64,000 nucleotides of DNA. Source: an uncultured Gammaproteobacteria bacterium. GTDB lineage: Bacteria > Cyanobacteriota > Vampirovibrionia > LMEP-6097 > CAYGPN01. The notes beneath the pieces are model-generated. The model was given only the letters and a program-made list of their open reading frames with translations, did not search any database and was not told where the DNA came from. Below, in pieces: positions 11,885-22,298 of this stretch (the stretch's first letter is position 1; every line of letters begins with the position of its first letter). The stretch spans positions 243,426 to 307,425 of the forward strand of contig CAYGPN010000001.1 in the NCBI GenBank assembly GCA_964352085.1, read 5' to 3'. A program made the position numbers and the translations under genes.

Positions 11885-12967
11885 TTGAATGGACAAATAC
11901 ATATAACTAGCCCAAGGAAAAACTTGCTAGAAATCGCAGAAAAAAAAGAAGGTCTAATCAGACCTCAAAATAAGATCGCGCAGAATCAAGATAAGAGAAA
12001 TCTTGCTAGAGAAAACACAATTCAAACGGAAGTCAAAGATAAGGATTTAAAAAATACAAAAGAAAAATTAAATGCAAAGCCTCAAGAATTTGCAAAAATG
12101 GAATCTAGTAAGAATCATCGAAGAGAGGAAGCTAATAATCTTTATGACGGTTTAAGAAAAATACTTGATACTGTAACAGTTAAAGTTGGTTTACCTCTTA
12201 TCGGAAATAGCGCCTCTTTAATCTTCAATGCAATATCTGCTTACTCAAATGCTTTTAGCAAAGATACTCAATTCAAGGAACTCGCCAGCAAGCTTGGAAG
12301 TATTGGTACAAAAATATTTTTTATAACAAACGGTACCATTAATTTTTTAGAGCAGCTTATTTTTAGAAACTACACTTCAGCATTCGGAAATTTCTTTGAT
12401 AACATAGTCGCTGCTTTTGTAAAGCAGGAGCAGACTTACTTGGCTAGAGGAATTTCATTAGGTTTTTATACTATTGCAAACTCACTCGGCATCTTAAATA
12501 ACAGAAAATCTTTTAAAAGTTTTGGTGATCACTTTAATCATATAGTTGATGGATTAAAGAAAAGTTACAAGATGCTAACTACTGATCCAATTAAGCATTT
12601 AAAATCTTCAAGCACGGGTTTGCTTGGTACAGTTGGTGGCTTCCTTTCTTTAATCGGGACCACTGCTTGGAAAATTACGGGAAGTGAAAAGTTAGGAGCC
12701 GGCATTAGAGACTTTGGTGGACTCTTAATAGATTTCGAGCAAGCTAAACCAAGTAATATAAAAGAAGGTAAGCCTTTCTATTTCGCTGCAGGGTCTACTT
12801 ATATCTTTGGTACTATTTGCGACTATTTATCAAAACTTCTACCACAACAAAAATCTATACTAGTGCCTCTTGGCTTTGCTACAGATGTAATCGCGCGTAA
12901 TTTCCTAAGAATCTCACAGCTTTATGAAATAGGAGAATCACCAAAAACAACAGTTCAGCACCAGTAA
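11885..12967 (+). CDS. Hypothetical membrane-associated protein
   Basis: 360-aa ORF; charged N-terminus followed by several Gly-rich hydrophobic helices; start uncertain (TTG). Confidence 0.6.
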   Translation: MNGQIHITSPRKNLLEIAEKKEGLIRPQNKIAQNQDKRNLARENTIQTEVKDKDLKNTKEKLNAKPQEFAKMESSKNHRREEANNLYDGLRKILDTVTVKVGLPLIGNSASLIFNAISAYSNAFSKDTQFKELASKLGSIGTKIFFITNGTINFLEQLIFRNYTSAFGNFFDNIVAAFVKQEQTYLARGISLGFYTIANSLGILNNRKSFKSFGDHFNHIVDGLKKSYKMLTTDPIKHLKSSSTGLLGTVGGFLSLIGTTAWKITGSEKLGAGIRDFGGLLIDFEQAKPSNIKEGKPFYFAAGSTYIFGTICDYLSKLLPQQKSILVPLGFATDVIARNFLRISQLYEIGESPKTTVQHQ

Positions 12968-12993
12968 GTTTATAATTAGTGTAGTAATAAAAA

Positions 12994-13608
12994 ATGTCAG
13001 AATACCAAATCATCACCAAATTTATAAAAAGCGCGCCATCTCTAAAAGAATGCCCGGAATTAGGGCAGGGTGAGATCGCAATAATCGGCAGAAGTAATGT
13101 TGGAAAATCTAGTTTTATCAACACAGCTTTTAAAAAGAAAGGACTAGCTAGAACCAGCTCTACACCAGGAAGAACACAACTTATAAATTATTTTGAAGCT
13201 GACGTAACTAAGCCAGGAAGCTCTAGTGCTAAAAAGCTTTATGTAGCAGATTTACCTGGCTATGGTTTTTCAAAAGTAAATAAAGCAAAAAGAAGGTTTT
13301 GGGCAAAAGAGCTTGCTGAATATATTGAAAAAAGAGAAAACCTAGAATTAATAGTTTTAGTAGTAGATCTTAGACATGCTCCTCAAGATAAAGATCTGGA
13401 AGCCAAAGAGTGGTTAGAACATTTAGAAATTCCTTATATGATCATTGCAACTAAAGCAGATAAGGTAAAACAAAAAGACAAAAGCAAAAACACAAAAGCT
13501 TTAAAAGAAGCTTTTGGTCAAGCTAGAGATTTTATAGTCTTTTCAGCAGAAAGAAGAACTGGACTTAAGTTATTTTGGAATTATTTAGCAAAAGATGAGT
13601 TTATTTAG
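12994..13608 (+). CDS. engB: Ribosome biogenesis GTPase YihA/YsxC
   Basis: GRSNVGKSS, TPGRTQ, DLPGYG, TKADK. Confidence 0.95.
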   Translation: MSEYQIITKFIKSAPSLKECPELGQGEIAIIGRSNVGKSSFINTAFKKKGLARTSSTPGRTQLINYFEADVTKPGSSSAKKLYVADLPGYGFSKVNKAKRRFWAKELAEYIEKRENLELIVLVVDLRHAPQDKDLEAKEWLEHLEIPYMIIATKADKVKQKDKSKNTKALKEAFGQARDFIVFSAERRTGLKLFWNYLAKDEFI

Positions 13609-13675
13609 AATTTCAAGCTAAGCTTATCGGCTTTTGCTTGCTTGCTTTAAAAAGCCGTGATAATATGCACCTATA

Positions 13676-15214
13676 ATGGATTTTAAAGCATTATTCACTT
13701 CAGTTTTCAGTAGTTTTTTCGGACTTTGTAAAAATAGCTTCTTATTTATAAATGAGCATGCTGCTGGTTTAATGATTTTAACGCCATTGTTAGTGCTCGC
13801 TGTGTTCTTTATAAAAGATATCACTCAAACTAAGCATACAATTCGCAGAAACTTCCCTGTTCTTGGTTTAGCTAGGTATTTTTTAGAATTAATAGGACCT
13901 GAGCTTAGACAGTACCTTTTCCACGATGAAAAATCAGACAGACCAATCCCTAGATACATCAGGACTTGGATCTACGCTCATTGCAAAAAGGAGCTAGCGA
14001 CAGTTGCCTTTGGTACTTTAAGAGATATTGATAATCCAGGCACCTTACTTATAAGGCATAGTGCTTTTCCTATAAACACTGTCTCTGACGATTTAAATTA
14101 TGATTTTAGAGTAAAAATTGGGCACAGACGCAAGCATCCATATGATGCTTCTATCTTTAATATCTCTGCCATGTCCTATGGCTCGCTTGGCAAAAATGCA
14201 ATTTTAGCTTTGAGTCATGGAGCAAAAATGGGTAATTTTTATCACAACACTGGCGAGGGTGGCGTATCTAAGTATCATCGGGAAGGAGGCGCTGATCTCT
14301 GCGCGCAAATCGGAACTGGAAAGTTTGGGGTGAGGAATGATGATGGAAGTTTTTCAGAAGAAAAATTTTTAAAGCTAGCTAGAGAAGATCAAGTGAAAAT
14401 GTTTGAGATTAAACTCTCTCAGGGAGCCAAACCCGGGAAGGGCGGCGTACTTCCAAAAGAAAAAATCACTGATGAGATTGCAAGCGCTAGAGGAATTCCT
14501 TTTGGCAAAGATGTGATTTCTCCACCAGCTCATAGCGAATGGAAAGATGAGTACGGGATGTTAGAGTTTATTGACAATCTTCAAAATATCAGTGGGAAAC
14601 CAATTGGCATCAAGTTTTGCTTAGGTAAACCAAACTTCATAGATGATTTAGTAAAAGCAATGCTAGAAACTAAAATCATGCCTGACTTCATTACTATAGA
14701 TGGAGCCGAGGGTGCTACTGGAGCTGCTCCACTTGCGCACACTGACTTTTTAGGCTACCCACTTAAAGACGCGCTTATGCTTCTCGATAATAAATTAAGA
14801 GAAGCAGGGCTTAGAGATGAAATTAAAATCATAGCTTCAGCAAAGGTCTTTACTGGCGCTGAGCTAGCAATTATGACAGCACTTGGCGCTGATCTTTGCA
14901 ATAGCGCAAGAGGCTTCATGCTAGCTATAGGTTGCATCCATGCACTTAAATGCAACACTAATCACTGCCCATCTGGCGTAGCAACTCACGATCCATGGCT
15001 TGAGCGCGGATTAGTGGTTAAAGAGAAGATTCCTCGCGTAGCTCATTATCATAACGCTGTTCTATATGAATTCTGCAGTTTACTTCATGCTTGCGGATAC
15101 TCTCATCCAAGCGAATTCCAGCGTAACGATATCATGCAGGTCATTGATCATCATAAGATCGTTAGCATGGATGAAATCGTGCCTCAGCCACCAAAACAAG
15201 CCTGCAAAATCTAG
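13676..15214 (+). CDS. FMN-binding glutamate synthase family protein
   Basis: SAMSYGSL, NTGEGG, EIKLSQGAKPGKGG, GCIHALKCNTNHCPSGVAT Fe-S motif; N-terminal TM. Confidence 0.9.
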   Translation: MDFKALFTSVFSSFFGLCKNSFLFINEHAAGLMILTPLLVLAVFFIKDITQTKHTIRRNFPVLGLARYFLELIGPELRQYLFHDEKSDRPIPRYIRTWIYAHCKKELATVAFGTLRDIDNPGTLLIRHSAFPINTVSDDLNYDFRVKIGHRRKHPYDASIFNISAMSYGSLGKNAILALSHGAKMGNFYHNTGEGGVSKYHREGGADLCAQIGTGKFGVRNDDGSFSEEKFLKLAREDQVKMFEIKLSQGAKPGKGGVLPKEKITDEIASARGIPFGKDVISPPAHSEWKDEYGMLEFIDNLQNISGKPIGIKFCLGKPNFIDDLVKAMLETKIMPDFITIDGAEGATGAAPLAHTDFLGYPLKDALMLLDNKLREAGLRDEIKIIASAKVFTGAELAIMTALGADLCNSARGFMLAIGCIHALKCNTNHCPSGVATHDPWLERGLVVKEKIPRVAHYHNAVLYEFCSLLHACGYSHPSEFQRNDIMQVIDHHKIVSMDEIVPQPPKQACKI

Positions 15215-15234
15215 ATCCCTTATAATAAGCTTAA

Positions 15235-15966
15235 GTGAAGCTCATGGGCACAAAGTGCTTAGAAATTGAAGATATCGGCGAAGTCAAGCTTTTTAAAACA
15301 GCTAAGGCTAGAAATATTCGACTAACTATAAAGCCTTTTGAAGCAATCAGAGTTTCTATGCCTAATTGGGTAAGTTATGATGAAGCTATAAAATTTGTAA
15401 ACGAAAGAATTGAGTGGATAAAAAAAAGCCGCAGAAAAATAGAAAATCTAGAAAACAGATTAACTATTTTTGACGAAAAGACCCATTTCAAAACTAGAAA
15501 TCATGAGCTTATTCTTATCCCAAGCCATTCTTCAAAAATCAATTCAAGAATTTCAAATGGGAAAATCAAATTTCACTACCCTGAAGAAAGAAAGATTAAA
15601 GATCAAGATATTCAAGAAGCTATTAGAGAAGCCATAGAAACTGCATTAAGAAGAGAAGCTAAGGAATTTTTACCCAAAAGATTATGTGAGCTTTCTTATG
15701 AACACCAACTGGCTTTCAATAGAGTTTTTATAAAAAACACTAAAACACAGTGGGGATCATGCTCTGCAGAGAACAATATAAACCTTTCCATTCATCTAAT
15801 GAGGCTCCCTGATCACTTGATAGATTATGTTTTATTGCATGAGCTTGCCCACACCATAGAAAAAAACCATAGCAAGCAATTTTGGCGCACATTAGATGCC
15901 TTTACTGAAATAGATGCAAAGACTCTAGATAAAGAGCTTAATAAATATCCGATAAAAATATATTAG
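15235..15966 (+). CDS. YgjP/DUF45-like (M48/SprT-like) zinc metallohydrolase
   Basis: KTQWGSCS and YVLLHELAH...NHSKQFW. Confidence 0.9.
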   Translation: MKLMGTKCLEIEDIGEVKLFKTAKARNIRLTIKPFEAIRVSMPNWVSYDEAIKFVNERIEWIKKSRRKIENLENRLTIFDEKTHFKTRNHELILIPSHSSKINSRISNGKIKFHYPEERKIKDQDIQEAIREAIETALRREAKEFLPKRLCELSYEHQLAFNRVFIKNTKTQWGSCSAENNINLSIHLMRLPDHLIDYVLLHELAHTIEKNHSKQFWRTLDAFTEIDAKTLDKELNKYPIKIY

Positions 15967-16007
15967 TCATTGCGATTGCTACGTCGCCTTCGGCTCCTCG
16001 TGATGAC
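15966..16007. repeat. Short copy of the GTCATTGCGAG palindromic repeat family between convergent genes
   Basis: GTCATTGCGA...TCGTGATGAC terminal inverted repeats with an internal GCC-TTC-GGC hairpin. Confidence 0.75.
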
Positions 16008-16008
16008 A

Positions 16009-16272
16009 TCATGAGAATTTCTTTAGTATTTTCTCTCGAGCTTCATCTTTGCATCGTATAAAGAATCTTATAACTCCATTACCGCTATAGCCATTAGCTC
16101 TTAAACCAGCATCTGTTTCATTTTGAATCTTAATATGACCAGGAGGAAATTTATGACGCGCATTTTCATTTAAGCCCAGGATAATCTTGCCGCCATTAGC
16201 CTCAATCCAAGCTATGTTCTTTTTGAGCTCTTTAGGTACAGTCTTATGTTTGCCGCGCTCAGCCATAGCCAT
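16009..16272 (-). CDS. Small protein, DUF2103-like
   Basis: 87 aa; HKT...KIILG...IKIQ...GLRANGYSGNGVIRFFI resembles the DUF2103 pattern. Confidence 0.5.
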   Translation of the reverse strand: MAMAERGKHKTVPKELKKNIAWIEANGGKIILGLNENARHKFPPGHIKIQNETDAGLRANGYSGNGVIRFFIRCKDEAREKILKKFS

Positions 16273-16299
16273 ATTATTCCACAGCCAAATAAAATTATC

Positions 16300-17325
16300 T
16301 TAGAAAACTCTGGAAATACTAAAAGTCAGCTGAAACTCTGGATCAGACTGCTTTCCACTCAAGTCACTCAAGACTTGAATACTTGGTGCCACATTTGCAA
16401 CCCATTTTTCATTTAATATCATTCTTAAACCAGGTGTGAGATATAGAAGATTTCCACCATGATTGTTATCACGACTACCATTCACTTGAACATTTTCTGA
16501 CCATTGCCCGTTCATTTCCATCACAAGATCCCAATCTAAATCACTGCCCAATAAATGTTGTGGGAAAACTTTTGACAAAAAGTAATCATTATTTTTTTCA
16601 ACTCTATGAGCAAGTGCAAAACCATAACTTACTAAATCACCAGAAACAGTATTTTGAGAGCCTTCAGTAGCAAGCTTATAAACACCACTAGCATGAGCTG
16701 ACAAATGTTTAAATTCCTTTGATACTGCTAGTCCCATAATAGGGTCCCAAGAACCAGTCCCAGCCTGATCATCAGCAGCAATTTTCACACCAAAACCATC
16801 TTTATCATTGGTATCGCCTGTAGGTATTTTAATTCCTGCAATTGCTGCCATATGCAAACCGTGTTTTTTATTTTTATAAAAACGATATTGAGCTATAGCA
16901 GTCAAATCACCAAAACCAATTGCATCACCCTGATTTAAAGTAATTCCATTAATAGTACTTTGAACATTTAACTTGATCACATAAGGCATAGTAAGAATAA
17001 GTGATAAGTCATCTGTTATACCGTAACCACCAGAAATAAAAGGACTTAAAATATCACCATTATTATGAGAGTGAATGCGCTTTCTATTAAAAGCGCGGCG
17101 CTGATTAAAATCAAAACGATCAAAATTTGTGTAGCCCATCCCCGCTCCTATATAAAATCTCTTTTTAGGAAGAGTTAAAGCTGGAAGAGTAATAATCGGA
17201 CCTGCAAGCCTGGCTCCTGAAATAGATGCTTCAGCTCCATGGTGAGCGCGCGCGGGACTACTAAAAATAAGCGCGACTAAGAAATTCGCCAATAAAATTC
17301 TAAATAGAAGACTTTTTTCCATCAA
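16300..17325 (-). CDS. Outer-membrane beta-barrel, MetA-pathway of phenol degradation (transporter) family
   Basis: Signal peptide; GFGDL, GIKIPTG, GTGSWD, LYLTPGLR; C-terminal Phe. Confidence 0.8.
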   Translation of the reverse strand: MMEKSLLFRILLANFLVALIFSSPARAHHGAEASISGARLAGPIITLPALTLPKKRFYIGAGMGYTNFDRFDFNQRRAFNRKRIHSHNNGDILSPFISGGYGITDDLSLILTMPYVIKLNVQSTINGITLNQGDAIGFGDLTAIAQYRFYKNKKHGLHMAAIAGIKIPTGDTNDKDGFGVKIAADDQAGTGSWDPIMGLAVSKEFKHLSAHASGVYKLATEGSQNTVSGDLVSYGFALAHRVEKNNDYFLSKVFPQHLLGSDLDWDLVMEMNGQWSENVQVNGSRDNNHGGNLLYLTPGLRMILNEKWVANVAPSIQVLSDLSGKQSDPEFQLTFSISRVF

Positions 17326-17501
17326 ACCCTATAGTTAACCATAAGGTTTAAAGAGGCTCCATATTCTTAAAATTTACTGACAAATTAGCTTTCAGTATTT
17401 GATATTTACACTTAATCACCCCTAGAACTGGGGACTAGCCAAAAAGGGTCAGCAAAAGTCTAGAATAATATTAAGGACTGCTTTAAGCTTAAGTCCATAT
17501 T

Positions 17502-18941
17502 ATGTCAAAAGAAATTGAAGCAACTTTAAAAAAACAAAGAGCCTTTTTTAATAGTCATAAAACAAAAGATATCTCTTTTAGAATCTGGCAGTTAACTAAA
17601 CTCAAAAAAGCTCTAATTGAAAATCAGATCCAAATTTTAGCAGCACTTAAAGCTGATTTAAATAAACCATCTTTTGAAGCATATTTTAGTGAACTTAAAG
17701 CTGTGCTTGAAGAAATTGATCTTGCCCGCAAAAATTTAAAAAAATGGTCTCGTCCAGAAAAAGTTAAAGGATCTCTTCTTCATTTCCCTTCTTCTAATTT
17801 TATTATTCACGAACCTTTAGGTGTACTTCTTATCATAGCGCCGTGGAACTATCCTGTTTACTGTGCTTTAGCTCCTCTTGTGGGTGCACTAGCTGCAGGG
17901 AACTGTGCAATATTGAAACCATCAGAATTTCCTGAAAACACTTCTAAAATTTTAAATGAAATTATCTCAAAGACTTTTGATGAGAATTACGTAAAAGTTT
18001 TTGAGGGTGATGCTAAAGTCAGCAAAGCTTTAAGCCAAGAGAAGTTTGATCATATAGTTTTTACTGGCAGCACTGCTGTCGGCAAGATCATAATGCAAGA
18101 GGCAGCTAAAACTTTAACGCCAGTAACTCTAGAGCTTGGCGGGAAATCTCCTTGCATAGTTGATAAAGATATAAAGGTAGATATTGCTGCTAAAAGAATT
18201 GTTTGGGGTAAATTTTTTAATGCAGGTCAAACCTGCACAGCACCTGATTATCTATTAGTTCATAAAAAGATCTATAAGCCATTTATCTTTGCAGTCAAAA
18301 AAGCTATTAAAGATTTCTGGGGTCAGGACCCTTCCAAAAGTGAAGACTACGCAAGAATAATTAATAAAAATCATTTTAAAAGAATTAAAGAGCTCATAGA
18401 TCCTTATGGTGATCTTATTGATATTGGCTTAAAGAAAAATCAAGGAGAGCACGTAGACCATAATTCAAAAATTATTGCTGGTGGAGAAATAAACTCAAAA
18501 GAGCTCTACATCTCACCAACAGTGATTGAAGGAGTAAATGCTGATGACGCAATAATGGGCGAAGAAATTTTTGGTCCGGTACTTCCTATAATTCAATATT
18601 CAGATCTTAACGAAGCGCTTAATATTATTAACGCTAAATCAAAGCCCCTTGCTCTTTATATCTTTAGTGAAGACAAATATAAACAGAACTATATTTTAAA
18701 TAAAACATCTTCTGGAGGGGTCACCATAAACGATACCCTTATTCATAGCGGTTCTCTTTACTTACCTTTTGGTGGGGTAGGCGAAAGTGGAATGGGCAAG
18801 TATCATGGGCAAAATTCTTTTAGAGCCTTTTCTAATGCCCGTGGAGTCACAAAGCGCAGCTTCCTCTTTGATATTCCAATCAAATATGCCCCATATGCCT
18901 CTAAATACAAGCTTTTCAAAAAAATATTTAATATCAAATAA
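17502..18941 (+). CDS. Aldehyde dehydrogenase (ALDH3-like)
   Basis: APWNYP, FTGSTAVG, LELGGKSP, NAGQTCTAPDY, EEIFGP. Confidence 0.95.
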   Translation: MSKEIEATLKKQRAFFNSHKTKDISFRIWQLTKLKKALIENQIQILAALKADLNKPSFEAYFSELKAVLEEIDLARKNLKKWSRPEKVKGSLLHFPSSNFIIHEPLGVLLIIAPWNYPVYCALAPLVGALAAGNCAILKPSEFPENTSKILNEIISKTFDENYVKVFEGDAKVSKALSQEKFDHIVFTGSTAVGKIIMQEAAKTLTPVTLELGGKSPCIVDKDIKVDIAAKRIVWGKFFNAGQTCTAPDYLLVHKKIYKPFIFAVKKAIKDFWGQDPSKSEDYARIINKNHFKRIKELIDPYGDLIDIGLKKNQGEHVDHNSKIIAGGEINSKELYISPTVIEGVNADDAIMGEEIFGPVLPIIQYSDLNEALNIINAKSKPLALYIFSEDKYKQNYILNKTSSGGVTINDTLIHSGSLYLPFGGVGESGMGKYHGQNSFRAFSNARGVTKRSFLFDIPIKYAPYASKYKLFKKIFNIK

Positions 18942-18964
18942 CCTGCTATAATATATTCCTGGAA

Positions 18965-20086
18965 ATGAGCAAATTTTTAGAAGCAGCTGGCAAAAACCTT
19001 AAAGAAGTTAAGAATTCTGAACTTCCTGATCATTACACCGTTGATGATGGAGTTACATTTGATGATGTTCTTTTAGTGCCTCGTTATTCAGAGATTGAGC
19101 ACAGAGCTGATGTTGATGTGAATACCGAGATTTTACCTGGCGTTAAATTAGAAATCCCTTTTATTTCAGCAAATATGGACACCGTAACTGAGCACGGCAT
19201 GTGCCATGCGATGGCTATTGAAGGCGGTCTTGGTATTCTTCATAGATTTATGAGCATTCCAGATATGCTTAAGCAAATTGAACTTTATAACGAATTAGAG
19301 AAAGAAGAAAAAACTGGAAAGCCATTTGTAATTGCTATTGGTGTTCACGATAAAGAAAGAATTAAAATAGCTTACGAGCATGGAATTAGAAATTTTTGTA
19401 TCGATGTGGCTCACGGTCACCATATTTTAGTGAAACGTACTCTTGAGTATTTAAGAAAAGAATTTGGTAATGAGATAAATATCATTGGTGGTAATGTTTG
19501 TACTTACGAAGGTGCTTATGATCTTCTTGAATGGGGCGCAGATTGCGTTAAAGTAGGAGTTGGTCCTGGCTCAGTTTGTTCTACAAGAATTAAAACTGGT
19601 TGCGGTTACCCACAACTTTCAGCAATCGCTAACGCTGCTAAAGCAAAGAAAGACTTTGAAGCAAAATACAACTGCAAAAAATATATTATCGGTGATGGCG
19701 GCATTAAAACTTACGGTGATGCAACTAAAGCATTAGCTGCAGGCGCAGATGCGATCATGATGGGATCTATTTTTGCTGGCTGCAAGCAAACTCCTGGACC
19801 TGTTTGGAGAGATGAGAATGAGAACATGATTAAGACATATCGTGGCATGGCATCTACTCAAGCACAATCAGATTTTGGTATTGAGGATATCAACGAAGAA
19901 GGTATATCTCTTACTGTTAAGTACAAAGGTAATATCAAACATATTTTAAACAAACTTACTCGAGGACTTAAAAGTGGACTTAGCTACTGCGGTTCTCATA
20001 ACCTTAAAGAACTTCAAGCAAAACCTCACTTTGTAAAAATGTCTTCAAGTGGTTACCACGAAAGCAAGCCACACAAAGCTGCTTAA
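18965..20086 (+). CDS. guaC: GMP reductase (IMPDH/GMPR family, no CBS domains)
   Basis: SANMDTV, GVGPGSVCSTRIKTGCGYPQLSA, YRGMAS; the short flap lacks the IMPDH Arg-Tyr dyad. Confidence 0.75.
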   Translation: MSKFLEAAGKNLKEVKNSELPDHYTVDDGVTFDDVLLVPRYSEIEHRADVDVNTEILPGVKLEIPFISANMDTVTEHGMCHAMAIEGGLGILHRFMSIPDMLKQIELYNELEKEEKTGKPFVIAIGVHDKERIKIAYEHGIRNFCIDVAHGHHILVKRTLEYLRKEFGNEINIIGGNVCTYEGAYDLLEWGADCVKVGVGPGSVCSTRIKTGCGYPQLSAIANAAKAKKDFEAKYNCKKYIIGDGGIKTYGDATKALAAGADAIMMGSIFAGCKQTPGPVWRDENENMIKTYRGMASTQAQSDFGIEDINEEGISLTVKYKGNIKHILNKLTRGLKSGLSYCGSHNLKELQAKPHFVKMSSSGYHESKPHKAA

Positions 20087-20961
20087 GATTCTATCTTTAA
20101 TTTTTCTGAAAAATCTTTTATAGATCTAATTTCATTTAGCTCAGTTTCTTTGAGCAATTTTTCGGCACTCAAACAAGATTTCTGAATTTCATCAGCTTTA
20201 GTACCCAAATATTCAATTTCAGGCTCTTTAGAAAACCTAGTCGCTATAACTTTAATAAGCTCAGTCAAGGAAGTGCTTTTACCAGATGAAAGATTAAAAA
20301 GTCCATCACAGTTATTATTCATTAAAGACCTAATTCCTGCGACCAAATCTTCGATATAGATAAAATCTCTAAGAATTTCAGAGCTTTCATCATCTTGATT
20401 TATCGATATCTTTTTATCATGAAAGAGATCATCACCAAAAATTCTCACAACGCCTCTTTTATCAGGCTCATTAGCAAAAGGATTTGAAATTCTTAAAATC
20501 AAAGACTTTTTAAATTTATCTTGTATGATTTTTTCGGACTCAAGCTTTATTCGTCCATAATCATTAAGAGGCTCAGGCTCATCAGTCTCCACCAAAGCTT
20601 TCCCTTCATTAGCTTCCCCATAAACAGCAGCACTAGAAAGATAAATCATAAAAAGATCTTGGCTCAAAGAACCCAGGAAGCTTTTCTCTGCATCACCCAA
20701 ATAACTAGCATGCAAGAAAGTCACATTTTCAAGATCTTTAAACTTCTTAGCAAGGATTTTCTGAACCTCAGGGGCAGAAAGATCTGCTGGCACAAACTCT
20801 ATCTTTGCATTTTTTAAAACGTCTTTATTTAGGCGATCTTCTTTCAAAGTTCTATCAATAAAATAGAGCTTCTCGTATTTAGATAAATCAAGACCATTGA
20901 TTATTTGGGATCCCAAATAACCAGTTGCGCCTGTGACAATAAGAGTTTCAATAGCACTCAT
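20083..20961 (-). CDS. NAD-dependent epimerase/dehydratase
   Basis: TGATGYLG, SSAAVYG, YGRIK (YxxxK), RDFIYIED. Confidence 0.9.
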   Translation of the reverse strand: MSAIETLIVTGATGYLGSQIINGLDLSKYEKLYFIDRTLKEDRLNKDVLKNAKIEFVPADLSAPEVQKILAKKFKDLENVTFLHASYLGDAEKSFLGSLSQDLFMIYLSSAAVYGEANEGKALVETDEPEPLNDYGRIKLESEKIIQDKFKKSLILRISNPFANEPDKRGVVRIFGDDLFHDKKISINQDDESSEILRDFIYIEDLVAGIRSLMNNNCDGLFNLSSGKSTSLTELIKVIATRFSKEPEIEYLGTKADEIQKSCLSAEKLLKETELNEIRSIKDFSEKLKIES

Positions 20962-21015
20962 AGAGCTAAATCATACTATATGGATAATTTAAAATCAAAA
21001 AAATCTAAGAACTGC

Positions 21016-21291
21016 TTAAGCATCATCAAGCTTATTAGTGTCTCTATTTGCATTTGCTGAGTTTTGGATCTCACCACGCCAAAATTGCGCTACGTTTCTA
21101 AAATGGGTTATTAGTGCTTTTACTGAATTAATGTTTACTAAAATTTCATTGATGTTTAAATCACTAGCATCACCTTCAGAAATCGCATCATTATAAGTTA
21201 ACTCAAGATCGGTCATGATCTGAGTATAATCATAGATCTGAAACTCTGCGTTTGCTAACTCTGTTGTTGGATTTACTGATGTGATTGCCAT
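21016..21291 (-). CDS. Small helical protein, paralog of 21307-21573
   Basis: 91 aa; ungapped alignment to its neighbour with 30 identities over 85 positions. Confidence 0.75.
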   Translation of the reverse strand: MAITSVNPTTELANAEFQIYDYTQIMTDLELTYNDAISEGDASDLNINEILVNINSVKALITHFRNVAQFWRGEIQNSANANRDTNKLDDA

Positions 21292-21306
21292 AATTAATTA
21301 AAATTT

Positions 21307-21573
21307 TTATGAGGCATTGGCTAATTTATTAGACTCTTTGTTTTGTGTAAGTGATTGACTTTGTTGGTCTCTCCAGAAAGAAACTTCTGATCTCCAGAAA
21401 CCGATCAATGCGCGAACTTTATTTACCTCAACACGAAGAGCTGCTGCTTCTTCTTGAGTATCGTCTCCACCCTGTATAAGCTCATCCATCTCAATTTCTA
21501 ATTGAGTCATCAGGTCCTGATAAACCTCTACAAAGGTTTCGGCCCTAGCTAACATTTCCATTGGATTTGCCAT
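21307..21573 (-). CDS. Small helical protein, paralog of 21016-21291
   Basis: 88 aa; AGAGGA SD; TATACT -10 upstream. Confidence 0.75.
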   Translation of the reverse strand: MANPMEMLARAETFVEVYQDLMTQLEIEMDELIQGGDDTQEEAAALRVEVNKVRALIGFWRSEVSFWRDQQSQSLTQNKESNKLANAS

Positions 21574-21623
21574 TGGTTTCCTCTAACTTGTACTACAGAG
21601 AGTATAGGTGTCCTAGGTTAAAT

Positions 21624-22298
21624 CTAGGTTAAGCCTTCTTCTGCCTTTTTCTTTTCGGAGTTATGGAGGACATCATCAAGGTGTCTTACCATCATCTCCC
21701 GAACAAGAGAATCATCCATAGACTTAAGATATTTAGTCACCTGGTCCATTCTCATCTCACGACCCTTACCTGCTGACAGGTAATCATTAATCTTCACAAC
21801 TCTTTCTTTAGCTGTAGAAATATTTTTAGACAGTGAAACTGCCTCTAGATCCTTCTTTTCAGCCTCATGCTTCATAACCTGCGCTGCCATTAGCATTGCT
21901 TCAGGTCCAGCTGACATTACAGCGCCAACTGCTACAGCAATTGATTCAGCTTCAGCCTGCGGAAATCTATATTTTTCTACGAGTTTTACACTTAACTTCT
22001 CGTTTTTCTTAGATTTTTTAATGTCCTGAGGATTAGCTTTTGCCTCAGCTTCAGCGTTTTTCATTTTTTGAGCTTGCTGATAAAGCTCTCTTGCCATAAA
22101 TTTATAGCCTTGGGACTGACTATTAACGTCAACCATCTGCTTAGTGTCTTTGCCAATATCTTCAATCAGCCCAGTACGTCTAGTTTTAAGAACACTAACT
22201 TCGTCCTTATCCTTTGTGCTGCTTTGGTCCTGAAGACGCGAATTATCTAGCTTCTTATTAAGAACGGCTGGAATAGCCTTTGCTACTGTGTCTTTCAT
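21624..22298 (-). CDS. Hypothetical coiled-coil protein
   Basis: 224 aa; strong GGAGG SD; helical, with one Ala/Met-rich hydrophobic patch. Confidence 0.7.
   Translation of the reverse strand: MKDTVAKAIPAVLNKKLDNSRLQDQSSTKDKDEVSVLKTRRTGLIEDIGKDTKQMVDVNSQSQGYKFMARELYQQAQKMKNAEAEAKANPQDIKKSKKNEKLSVKLVEKYRFPQAEAESIAVAVGAVMSAGPEAMLMAAQVMKHEAEKKDLEAVSLSKNISTAKERVVKINDYLSAGKGREMRMDQVTKYLKSMDDSLVREMMVRHLDDVLHNSEKKKAEEGLT

Noticed and set aside
18965-20086. IMP dehydrogenase (guaB)
   Set aside because: Catalytic loop resembles GMP reductase and the flap Arg-Tyr dyad is missing
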